From Podarcis liolepis (taxonomy: Eukaryota), in assembly GCA_965112155.1 (NCBI GenBank), contig OZ218101.1: DNA of 64,000 nt. One strand, given 5' to 3'. The notes under the pieces were generated by a model that made no database searches, had not been told where the DNA came from, and was given only the letters and a program-made list of their open reading frames with translations. A program made the position numbers and the translations under genes. Positions 34,401 through 45,261 of this stretch are shown here, in pieces; position 1 is the stretch's first letter; each line of letters starts with the position of its first letter.

Positions 34401-37400
34401 GGGGGAGGCGAGGGGAGAAGGAATATCAGCAGAGCCCACGGGGAGCCGACCTGGCACAGGAAACAGGGAGAGGTGGGGGGCAAGCCAGCCCCAGAGACCC
34501 CCTCCTGCCTCCAAAATGTCTGCCTCATCCTGGAATGGGTGACAGGGAGAGGGTGCAGAGCCCGCCAGCCTCCCAGCATCTTCCAGTATAGCACTCAGCC
34601 CCGACTGGTCCCAGGATGAGGGTGGCGCAGAGAAAGCAGCCAGGCAGCCACATCACAGGGGGTTCCTGCCCCACCCCACTTCCCAGGTCCCCTGGGAGAG
34701 GCAAGAGAGAGGTTGGAGCCCTTCCCGGGGGGGGGGGGGATAGGAAGACAGGGAGCCAAGCGTGCTGGTCAGTACCACCGTTGCTGAAGACCCAGGTGGA
34801 GATGTTGGCCCCGGAGCTCATGATGTACTCCACGTCCAGGCTGGCTTCCAGGCCGGCCTTGCCCCAGCCCTGGTGCCCGACCACCTGGTCCACGCGCAGA
34901 TGGTGAGGGAAGCTCTTCCCAAAGAGACCCATGAACTCTGCCAGGTCCGCTTGGTGGAAGTACTGCTCCAGGAACTGGAGGGGAAGGAGAAGAGGCAGGC
35001 GTGGGGCACCCAGACCCAGCACACCTCATTGCCAGGGGCACCCCTGAGGATGGCTGGGTGGCTGGGCTGAGAGCAGCTGGCCCCAGGACACTGAGGGAAC
35101 GGAGAGGCTGCCGGGGGGGGGACGCCCCCCAGTTACCTGGGCACAGGCCTGGCTGTTGTTGCGGGAGCTGCCCACGTCCTTGTCAGTCAGGTTGTACCTC
35201 TGGCGGATCACAGCCGGCGTCACCCCCAGGTGAAAGGTGGAGAGCAGTGCTTTCCCGGCAGTCCAGGCCCTACTCACTGCCTTCCTCTCGGCAGGGAAGC
35301 GGTGAAGACCCCCCACTGAGAATTGGGAGGAGGAGGAGGAGAATAAGCAGAGGATGCAGTTAGCCTGGGGCAGAAGGAAGGGAGCACCTAGAGCAGCCCA
35401 AGGCTCAAGGCTGACCGGAGGCGGGGGAGAGATCTGCTCAGTCAGGCCTGCCCTCCCTTCATCACCACCCACTTCTTGGCAGGGGGAAGAGAAGATCAGC
35501 TCCCCAACGCCTATGGTGGGAAGATATTTGCCTATTTCCAGGGCTAGACGCTCTCCCCTGGCAGTCTGGGCTCATGCACACGAGGGACAGAGCGTCCCAG
35601 GCTGCCGCTCCCTCTTTCCCCAAGGCTTCCGTACCAAAATCCACGTGCTCTGCCAGCTCCTCTGCTAAGGTGTAGGCAAAGGGGGACCTGACGACGCTTC
35701 GCTCCCCGTTGACGTAGCGCTGGAACTGGGCACCCGGGAGGAGCTTTTCTGCCGTGCTGCATGGAGAAGCCTCGGGTCAGAGTCAGCTGTGGGGGGAGCT
35801 CAGGGTGCCTTCTTGCTCTCCCCTTGCCCCAAGAGCCCCCACGTCCCAACTCACCCAGCTGGCACCTGGCACTGCAAGAAGTCCTTGGTGCCCACGTCTG
35901 TGCAGTCCCAGATCCCATGAGCCTCCAGCCACTTGCGAACGGCATTCAGCGTCTGCGGGGATGGGGCGACCAGGGCCTGCACCTCCGCCAGAGACAGGAA
36001 CCGGCCTGCGAGACAAAGTGGAGCGTGGAGGGAGGGAAGGAGACTCCTGGTGGCCCACCCACCTCAGAGGGTCCCCAGGGTCTCCCTCCACCCCGGGCTG
36101 CCAGGGGAGCTGGGCAGCCAAGCAAGGGCACAGTCTCCCATTGCTGGTTGCCGGCGGCTGCTCGGTCTGCCCACTTCCTGTTGAAGATGCCACTTCTGGT
36201 CTCCCTTGACAGGCTTCCCCTGAGAGCCTTGGGAGCAGCAGCAGCAGCAGCCTAGGAATGGGGCTGAGAGCTCTGCTAGGGACTCCTCGGCTAGCCAACT
36301 CCCCCCTCTCAGGAAAAAGAGTTCCCTCAGGACACAGGAAAACCACCAAGATGGTCCTGCGGTGTAAAGACGTCCTTGGGAGTTGGGAAGAGGAAATCTG
36401 CCTGCCTGCCTTCCTCCCACAAACCCTACGAGCTGCTCCTCCCAGGGAGCCACCAGAGCGCCAAAGATTGTGCAAGAGAAGCTGAGCAGGAAGTCCCCAG
36501 GGCCACAAACTCCTTGCGGCTGCAATCCTTGCACACAGGACCATGTCCCGCTGCGCTCGGTAGGCCTCACTGCCTGGGAGACATTCAGAGGGCTGCCAGC
36601 CTCGGCCTCCAAAGTGCTGCAAGGGAGCCCAGGAACAGGATGTGCCTACCTTAGAACAGTGTTGTAAGGAGAACCCTGTGCCGTCCGCCAAGGACACGTG
36701 AAACGTGCCCCTGAGCCCCAAGGAGGCCGGCTCTCCTGGCTGTACTGAGAGATGAGGGAAGCCCCAGCAGGAGGAGCAGAAGCAGGGGGCAGAGAGAGAA
36801 GGGGGCATTACCATACTCTGGAGAGTCTGGAGAGGAGACTCGCTGCACCAGCTCCTCCAGGCGCCCCACATTCTGCTGCCGGAGGGCAAAGGTCAGGCTC
36901 AGTGCCTCCGAGGCGGCCACTCGACCCAGACAGCTCCATCCCTCTGGGATCCTGGGAAAGAGACACGGCTGTCGCAGGTGGCACCAAGCTGGCAGAGAGC
37001 GGTGTGTGGGCAGCTGAGGCAAGAGCAGTGCCCAAGTCTGGCAGCGCCAGCCAAATCCAGCTTTTCCCCCAGAGGAACCGGGAATTCACACCCTGCACCC
37101 ATTTCACAGAAAGGAGGCTCCTTAAGCAGACGGGTGGGGACCCAGCAAGCTCAGCTGGCAAGGCCAAAGGAAGAAGAGGAGTTTGGAGTTGAGATCCCAC
37201 TTTATCACTACCCTAAGGAGTCTCAAAGCGGCTCACATTCTCCTCTCCCAGGTGAGTGGGGCTGAGAGACTTCAGAGAAGCGTGACTGGCCCAAGGTCAC
37301 CCAGCAGCTGCAGGTGGAGGAGCGGAGATTAGGAGCCCACCGCTCTGAACCACTCCACCAACCAGACGCACCTCCCAATAATAAGAACATTAGTATTGAT

Positions 37401-37859
37401 AGCCCACCCATCTGGGGGCGGGTCCTTCCTGCCAGCTGACCCCAACCTCCTCCGGGCCGACGGGCGCTTGGGGTCCGCGGCTGCCCAACTCCGCGGTCGG
37501 CCTCCCTCAGTCGAGCCCCGGCCGGGAGAGGCCTCCTTCGCGGGAGCCGGGCGGCGAGCGAGCCTCGAGGGGCCCAAGCGCCCGTCGCTCTCGTCCTGCT
37601 GCCCCGACGGCGCCCTCCGCCCCAGGCCCGGCCGCTTACTGGAAAAGCTGGTCCGGCTCCGGAGCCCACCCGAAGGCGGCGGCGGCGGCGGCGTCCAAGC
37701 GGAGCAAGGCGGGCAGCTGGAGCAGCGCCAGCAGGAGGCACCTGCACGGGAGAAACGGGAGGGGGGTCAGGCCGCGGAGCGGGACGCGTCTGCCGGGGGG
37801 GCTTCCCCCTTCCCCCCTTCCCCCCGCGCGCCCCGGTACCGGCAGTCCAGCAGCCCCAT
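31490..37859 (-). CDS. TPP1: Tripeptidyl peptidase 1 (sedolisin family, CLN2), 576 aa
   Basis: Exons 37859-37840, 37741-37640, 36951-36812, 36005-35855, 35756-35635, 35315-35137, 34974-34776, 34398-34210, 33155-33083, 32672-32552, 32188-32030, 31937-31800, 31627-31490 (1731 nt). Signal peptide; catalytic motifs EASLD, SGDSG, GTSAS; [10 protein letters not shown]. Confidence 0.95.
33427..33662. mobile_element. Tc1/mariner (Tigger/pogo-like) MITE
   Basis: TA|CAGTGGTGCCTCGCAAGATGAA ... TTCGTCTTGCGGGGCAACACTG|TA: ~22-bp imperfect TIRs with TA target-site duplication. Confidence 0.85.
37171..37362 (-). mobile_element. tRNA-derived CORE SINE (Squam3-like), internally deleted
   Basis: Shares long blocks with the fuller copy at 61668-61931. 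Confidence 0.7.
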
Positions 37860-37900
37860 CGCAGCGCAGCCTGTCTCTCGAGGCAGGAGCCCAGAACTGA

Positions 37901-37938
37901 GTCACGTGAGAAGCTGCCCGTCACATGATTGCGGGGAG

Positions 37939-37992
<54 letters not shown>

Positions 37993-38006
37993 CCAGATCA
38001 CGTGGC
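37901..38006 (-). promoter_or_regulatory. CLEAR/E-box cluster in the TPP1 promoter
   Basis: GTCACGTGAG at 37901, GTCACATGAT at 37920, ATCACGTGGC at 37997, just upstream of the ATG of a lysosomal enzyme gene. Confidence 0.75.
37941..37990. repeat. (GA)25 microsatellite
   Basis: Perfect GA run. Confidence 0.95.
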
Positions 38007-39027
38007 TGGGCCGCTTTGAGCTGGCTGCACTCTGTGCGTGCTCAGAGGCTGCACTCTGGCCGCCGGGGCCCCCGATGGATGCTCCCCCAAGCCTCGCCCG
38101 GTGGACGCGAGGACAGGGCTCGTGAGAAAGAAAGGAAAGCGCGAGGTGTTAGGAGGGGCTTTCCAGGACAGGAATAAATCCCGCAGCCCTTTGGATGGCC
38201 CTCTCAAGCATTCGCCGGCTGAGAGCTGGGCGCCTTTTCTGTCCGGGGCCTGCGCTGGAAGCGGCGACGCTCGCCCTCGGGATCCTGGTGGGGAGGAAGG
38301 CGACGAGTCACCACCTTCCCCGCCACAACTGCACCGGACGTGGGCAGGGGCTCATGTGGGCACCCGCCAGGGCCACACCGAAGGCCCGCCAGATGCCCAG
38401 CTGCGGTTCGAGGGCGATTGCGTGACTAACTTTGCTTTTAAGAAAGGACAAGCATTTTAGCACGCATTAGAAGTGGGTGGGGGTCAGAAGGGGGTGGGAT
38501 GAAATGGTCCCCTGGGCTGCCAGGGGCGCCTGCCCTTCACTCGCATCCCCACCACATCTCTTGGGGAAGACAGAGGAGCCCTCGCCTCGCCTGCAGCCCC
38601 GGCAGAGAGTGGTCTGCTGCTCTTCCTTCCAAAGCTATCTAGAAAGAAGCATCGCCTGCTGCGGAGTAAACACAGGTCCGTGGGGGAAATCGAGTGTTTT
38701 CTGGAAGGGGGACTGGCATGGGTTGGCACTGGCATCCGTTTCAAGGCTGGAGCCCAGATCCAGGTTAGAACCACAGCCTCAAAGGATGAACACTCCCCCC
38801 CCCCCCGGAGCCCTCCTGCTTCGCACCAGTCTCTCAAGTGGGGTTGGTGGGAAGAGCCTGGCAGCTGAGCAAGACCAAAGGCCCGTTTGGCGCAGCTCCC
38901 TGTTCTCTCCGTGGCCGGCCAGACGTCTCTGGGGAGCCTGCAAGGGGGACCTGTGCTGCTCCCAGCAAGTGGTGTTCAGGGGCATCTCAACACTGGACTT
39001 GGAAGTCGTGTTAGAACGTAGCATTGT

Positions 39028-39813
39028 GGGACATGGGTGGCCCTGTGGTCTAAACTACTGAGCCTCTTGGGCTTGCTGATCAGAAGGTTGGCGGTTCAAA
39101 TCCACGCAACAGAGTGCGTTCCTGTTGCTCTGTCCCAGCTTCTGCCAACCTAGCAGTTCAAAAGCATACCAGTGAGAGGAGATAAATAGGAACTGCTGCA
39201 GCGGGAAGGTAAATGTGCTCTGGCCCTCGTCATGGTCCTCCATGCTCCAGTAGTGGTTTAGTCATGCTGGCCACATGACCCAGAAAGCGCCACATCCCTT
39301 AGTTGAATTTGACTGGACTTAAACAAAGGTCCGTATAGGAAAAGCTATGGTTTTCCCAGTAGTGATGTATGGAAGTGAGAGCTGGACCATCAAGAAGGCT
39401 GATCGCCGAAGAATGGATGCTTTTGAATTCTGGTCCTGGGGGAGACTCTTGAGAGTCCCATGGACTGCAAGAAGATCCAACCTCTCCATTCTGAAGGAAA
39501 TCAGCCCTGAGTGCTCCCTGGAAGGACAGATCCTGAAGCTGAGGCTCCAATACTTTGGCCACCTCAGGAGAAGAGAAGACTCCCTGGAACAGACCCTGAT
39601 GTTGGGAAAGATGGAGGGCACAAGGAGAAGGGGACGACAGAGGACGAGATGGTGGGACAGTGTTCTCGAAGCTACCAGCATGAGTTTGACCAAACTGCAG
39701 GAGGCAGTGGAAGACAGAAGTGCCTGGTGTGCTCTGGTCCATGGGGTCACGAAGAGTCGGACACGACTAGACGACAACAACCACCACCGTCCAGGGCTCC
39801 TTTACCTTTACCT
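39028..39813 (+). mobile_element. Sauria SINE interrupted near its tail by a BovB fragment
   Basis: tRNA-like head GGGACATGGGTGGCCCTGTGGTCTAAAC...GCTGATCAGAAGGTTGGCGGTTCAAATCC, body, GACTGGACTTAA; resumes as CGTCCAGGGCTCCTTTACCTTTACCT at 39788-39813. Confidence 0.75.
39322..39781 (+). mobile_element. BovB (RTE) LINE 3' fragment
   Basis: Encodes MVFPVVMYGSESWTIKKADRRR...VHGVTKSRTRL; ends with a CAA tail. Confidence 0.92.
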
Positions 39814-40716
39814 GTAATGCATGGGCTCCTTGCATTCAAGCTGGAGGGCCAGGAAAGGGACTGATCTCTGCTCAAGATGCCAGAGATCTTCTGCCAGTCC
39901 GACAGCCCTGGGCTGCAAGGGCCGGCAAGCTGATCCGGCCAAAAGCAGGACTCACTTGCACCCGACACCTCAGAACACCCTGCTTGGTCACAGGCTCCTG
40001 CTAGACACACATTGAAGCTCTCTGAGCACTGAGAAGCAGGGGCTGCCCCCCCCCCCGGTGCACCTGCATGGTTTGGGGTTTCCGTCACACGCAAAAGAGG
40101 CACACCACCTTCCCCCGGCCTCTGACGCCTGAGCTGCGTGTCACCAGGACCCACCTTCTTCCTGTGACTAATTTGTTTTGAAGTGCTTTTAAGGTTGCTT
40201 ATTAAATTGTCGCAAGCTGTGACCTGATGGTGAAATAAGAACAACTCCTGCAAGGACGCGTCATGCATCCCGGATGCTTCCTTCCGAAGGAAGTCCTTGG
40301 AGGCTTTTGACGCTGATGAAACACAAAAGGAGCCTGGCTGCAGGGTCAGAGGAACAGCCTGTCCCGTCAAGCACCCTCTTCTCACACCAGGGGAAGCCTG
40401 GAGGCAGGACGTGAGCACAGAAGCAAGGCTCTTCCTTCTCCACTTGGAGACGGCGAGGCTGTGGCCCTCAGAGGCCCCAGGGCCCTACACACAGGCTGAG
40501 CATGAGTGGAAGGGCCCAGGAGATGCTGCTTCCCTGCGGAGCTTCCAGGGTGAGGAGTCTTGCAGAGAGAAGTGCAGCCTTCCATGTGTCCCATTCTCAA
40601 CTCAGTCTAAATGCTACGGCTGCTTTGCAAGCAGCTTGATGACATCATTTCCCAGTGGATACTGAGGAAGGAAAGACAAAAGACTGGTCCCTTTTCCCTA
40701 CGCCTAGCTGTTTGCT

Positions 40717-41762
40717 GTTTGCAAACTATGGCAAGTTCTTAAAGAAATGGGAGTGCCTGATCATCTCATCTGTCTCCTGCGAAATCTCTATGTGGGACAA
40801 GAAGCTACAGTTAGAACTGGATATGGAACAACTGATTGGTTCCAAATTGGGAAAGGAGTACGGCAAGGCTGTATATTGTCTCCCTGCTTATTTAACTTAT
40901 ATGCAGAATTCATCATGCGAAAGGCTGGGCTGGATGAATCCCAAGCCGGAATTAAGATTGCCGGAAGAAATATCAACAACCTCAGATATGCAGATGACAC
41001 AACCTTGATGGCAGAAAGTGAAGAGGAATTAAAGAACCTTTTAATGAGGGTGAAAGAGGAGAGCGCAAAATATGGTCTGAAGCTCAACATCAAAAAAACG
41101 AAGATCATGGCCACTGGGCCCATCACCTCCTGGCAAATAGAAGGGGAAGAAATGGAGGCAGTGAGAGATTTTACTTTCTTGGGCTCCATGATCAGTGCAG
41201 ATGGTGACAGCAGTCACGAAATTAAAAGACCCCTGCTTCTTGTGAGAAAACCAATGACAAACCTAGACAGCATCTTAAAAAGCAGAGACATCACCTTGTC
41301 AACAAAGGTCCATATAGAAAAAGCTAAGGTTTTCCCAGTAGTGATGTATGGAAGTGAGAGCTGGACCATAAAGAAGGCTGATCGCCGAAGAATTGATGCT
41401 TTTGAATTATGGTGCTGGAGGAGACTCTTGAGAGTCCCATGGACTGCAAGAAGATCAAACCTCTCCATTCTGAAGGAAATCAGCCCTGAGCGCTCACTGG
41501 AAGGACAGATCGTGAAGCTGAGGCTCCAATACTTTGGCCACCTCATGAGAAAAGAAGACTCCCTGGAAAAGACCCTGATGTTGGGAAAGATGGAGGGCAC
41601 AAGGAGAAGGGGACGACAGAGAATGAGATGGTTGGATGGTGTTCTTGAAGCTACTAGCATGAGTTTGATCAAACTGCGGGAGGCAGTGGAGGACAGAAGT
41701 GCCTGGCGTGCTCTGGTCCAGGGGGTCACGAAGAGTCGGACACGACTAAACGACTAAACAAC
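40717..41762 (+). mobile_element. BovB (RTE) LINE, 5'-truncated, with uninterrupted 336-aa RT C-terminal ORF
   Basis: ORF 40747-41757 with GVRQGCILSP and LRYADDT motifs; 11-bp TSD AGCTGTTTGCT at 40706-40716 and 41763-41773. Confidence 0.95.
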
Positions 41763-42299
41763 AGCTGTTTGCTTCCGAGGCAACCCATTGTCTCAACTTA
41801 CACAACAAAGAAGAACCGTAGCAAACTAGGCCTGTTGACTTGAAATCAGTCCCTCGCCTGGCTCTCCTCCTCCTCCTCCTGTTCTTGTTCGACTGGTCTT
41901 TTGCCTACACAAGTGAGAGCAGCGACAAGAGGAAGGGCGAGGAGGCGCCCCGACAGCAGCGCAGGGATCAGAAGGGCGTGTGCCCAAATGTCTTCAGCCC
42001 GTGGGCAGACTTGGGTTTTGGCAAATGTAAGGCATTAGAGAGATGCAGATAAAGGTGGCACACACCTGCTAGTTAACTCTTTTTTGGCAAGAGAGATCAA
42101 CAGCAGCTTCCGCGGTGCTCTGGATAAACATGCTCACACACCTCCAGGCCGTGGCCCACAGCTCTGGGCCCCATGGAGCGCTTGCAGCAACAGTGGGGCT
42201 GGACCTCAGGCGGCCATCCAGCCTCTCCTTAAGAACTCCAACCTTCCCCTCGCGGGAATCTCTTCCACTGCTGAACAGCTCTGACTGTCAGAAAGTTTT

Positions 42300-43150
42300 C
42301 CTGAGTGTTTAGTGGGAGCAGCCCGGTTCCTCCGCTCTCTCCGGTGCCCTCCAGCCGCTCGCCCCCGAGCTGCCGACAAAGGCTCGTGCCTCCGCCCCAA
42401 GCCCCTTCCCAGCTGGCGCGCCTGCCCCGCGGGGCTCCCCCTCACCTACCTCCTGGAGGGCTGCGAGAGGCGGCGCGCTCGGCTGGGTTGGGGGGCTGAG
42501 TGGGAAGGGATTCCCCAGGTCATCCAGTCCACCCCGTCAGGCAAGATGCGCAGCTCAAGCGTCCAGGTTCACCCGCAGTTCACGTCTGCGCGCCGCTCTG
42601 GCTAATCCTGCCAATTGGCCGCCGCGGGGAGCTGAGCCGCCTGATTAGGCGCATCTGCTTCGGGGCTTAGGCTAAGCGGATGAAGCCCGGCGCCCCCCAA
42701 GCTGAGCGCGCGACGGGGCGGGAGCCTGGACCAGGCGCGACCGAGGGTGGCGCGGGCCGGGAAAGCCCCCCTCCTGTCAGGGCCTCCGGAAGCAGCGCCG
42801 ACGCCGACCCCCTTCGCCCGCTGCGCCGGCCGGGGCTCTCCTCGCCGCCGCCGCCGCAGGTCTGGGCGTCGAGTGGGGCAGCAAACTGCCCTTGGGGGGA
42901 GAGAGGGGTGCTGGAGGGAACAGCCGTCCAGGAGGAAGAGCGGCTGCTCTCGCCACGGAAGCCCCGTCGGGGGCGGTCGGGGGCTCCGAGCCGCCACGAC
43001 TGTGCTTGACTCTGCAGCTGGAGGCAGCCCCGCTTCTGCCGGCCCGTGGCTGGAAGCACAGGAGGAGCGAAGGCTCTGGGCTCGGGTCCTGCTTGCCGGC
43101 TCCTCTTGGGGGCGGACGAGATGAGCCCTTGGCCTGATCCTGGAGCCGAA
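42300..43150. promoter_or_regulatory. Orphan CpG island with homeodomain-site cluster
   Basis: CpG-dense segment between TPP1 and the DCHS1 3' end; CTAATCC at 42602, CCAATTGG at 42611, TGATTAG at 42642, GCTTAGGCTAAGC at 42665-42677. Confidence 0.6.
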
Positions 43151-43291
43151 AGCTCTTCCGAGGGTTTTCTGGCCCACTAAGCTGCCTACCATCCCCCCTA
43201 AGCGGTTGCCTTGGGGGTACGGGGCCCCGTCTCATCCCCTCAGTCCCCCCCCCCCCCGCCAAGAAGACGAGTCCTTACAAACACGGTGTGG

Positions 43292-43297
43292 TTTATT
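43292..43297 (-). terminator. Likely DCHS1 polyadenylation signal AATAAA
   Basis: TTTATT on the plus strand, ~2 kb after the DCHS1 stop, preceded in the transcript by U-rich UTR elements (~43405-43460). Confidence 0.6.
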
Positions 43298-44639
43298 AAG
43301 GCATTACTTCAAAGAGTTGGCACTTGGATCCGGTCCCTGCTCGAAAGGAGGGCCGGGGGGGGGGGCGGGCGGGCACCCGGGACTTCTCATGCTGCGGATG
43401 CTCAGCAATACAAAAAGATACAAAATGCTGGAAATAGGAAACAGATTACAATAAATAAAGAGAGTCTGCCAGGCTGGGCTGCCGTCAGGGCAGAGAGGAT
43501 GCCGGAGAGGGAGGCTCCAGGACGGGCCTCGGGGGGGGGGGGAGGGAAGGAGGCCACCACCCTCGCCCGCTCAGCAGGGGTCTCCTGGGCTTGTCCCTCA
43601 GAAAGGCCTGGGCCCATTGGTCTTGTGCAGGCAGCCTCAATTCTGCTGGTAGAGCTTTTCCCGGCCCGGAGAGGAAGTGCCCTCGGCCACCCCAGGCCCA
43701 CCCCCCTGCGCAGGAGCCTTCTGGGAAGCCTGTGGGCAAGGAGCACACTTGTTGCAGCTCCCGTCCCCTTCCCGCCCCTGCCCTGATGGGGTCTCTCCGC
43801 CATGCTTCCTGGGCTTTGCACCCGCCAACTCTTCCCAGCTGCAGCTTTCAAGCCCCTCAAGCTCCTTGTCACGCTGGAGCCAGTTGACCAGCCTGGCAGC
43901 TGAACTCTTCCCCTCCTGACATGCTAGCTTTCTATCTGCAGGGCATTTGGCCAGACGCGATCCCTCTTGCCAGCACTGGCAGGGAAGGTGGAGCAGCTGC
44001 TTGGCATGCAGAAGATCCTGGGTACAAAACTTGGCCGCCTCTCCAGGGAGGCCTGGGAAGTTCCCCCGTCTAGGCAGATGCTACCAGCCAGAGCTGGGTG
44101 GCTTCAGGAGATGGCCGCTCCCTCTGCTTGCCCTTATTCTCATGTATGTGCCTGTAGGGCGGGATGGGGGGGGGACAGACAGGGGTGTTTAATTATTGCT
44201 ACTGTAGTACCATTCCCTCCCCTCACTGAAAAAGGGAAGCCAAGGGAGGAGCACTTGGTTATTGCAAGTCTGTGCTGAGGGTGGGGGAGGTATTGCTTTG
44301 AAGTTGTGGGGAGCCTGGGACCCCCTGCTTCAGTCTCAGACAAAGAGCAACGCGGACAAGAAGGGCATTGGTGCTGTCTCACCCCACGACCCCATGGCCC
44401 CACACCCAGTGCCTTCCTGGGCAGCACCCAGTGTGAGCCAGCAAAGTGAAGATGCCCTCTTCCTAGGTTAAGATTTCCTTGTGTGTGTGTGTTGGGGGGG
44501 GGGGAAACCAGCCCCCCAAGGCATGCATATGCCAGTGCAAAGCAAGCAGTGGGAGGAGGGCACGGGGCCCCCTGGCACGGAAGGAGAGCTGGTGGCATCA
44601 TGTGGGACTGTGAAGGGCACAAGTTGCACCTACCTTGGC

Positions 44640-44642
<3 letters not shown>

Positions 44643-44672
<30 letters not shown>
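44643..44672. repeat. (GA)n microsatellite in the DCHS1 3' UTR
   Basis: Perfect GA run. Confidence 0.9.
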
Positions 44673-44673
<1 letters not shown>

Positions 44674-45261
44674 GCTTTGGTCAGGCAAAGAGGCCCCTCC
44701 ATGCTGGCTGCCCCCTTTGCTGCTGTGGGGTGCATTTGAGTCCCCTCACGGGTCTGGAGGGGGCAGTGACAGCCCTGAGGCCATGGGGGCTTCAGCCAGA
44801 CCCCCTTCAGCAGACCCAGCCCAGCCAGCTCTGTGTGCAGGGGGGAGCAGTGCCCCGTGGGGTGGGGTGGGGGTGGAACAATACTGAGAAGGTGGTGTGT
44901 GTCTTCCTGTGAGTAGCGTCTGTACATGGAGTGGGGGCAGTGGAAGGACAGCAGGGAGATCTGCCACAGGGCAGTGGTCCTTGTGCCACGCATGGAATGC
45001 CCCCGGGAGCGCAGCCCATCTCCTGCCACCGCTTTGGCCAGCCAGTTGCCTGGAGAGGGACGCATTCTGCCCCTCACAGCATCCCTTTGCACCGAGGAAG
45101 AGGTGAGGAGGGTGATGCCGGGGCAGCTTCTGCAACCCACGACTCTCCTGCAGGCAGAGCGCCCCAGATGCAGGAGCCAGCCTGGCAAAGTCCCACAGTC
45201 TCGGCTCCAGGAGCGGGGGGGGGGGGTTGTGCTCAGTCAAAACCCTTTGCAGAGTCCCAAG

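Noticed and set aside
41848-41904. Glu-rich mini-exon (GKRPVEQEQEEEEESQ) for the putative 42.5-kb gene
   Set aside because: Would need a weak GC donor, and its phase does not fit the next candidate exon; driven by a (CCT)n microsatellite.
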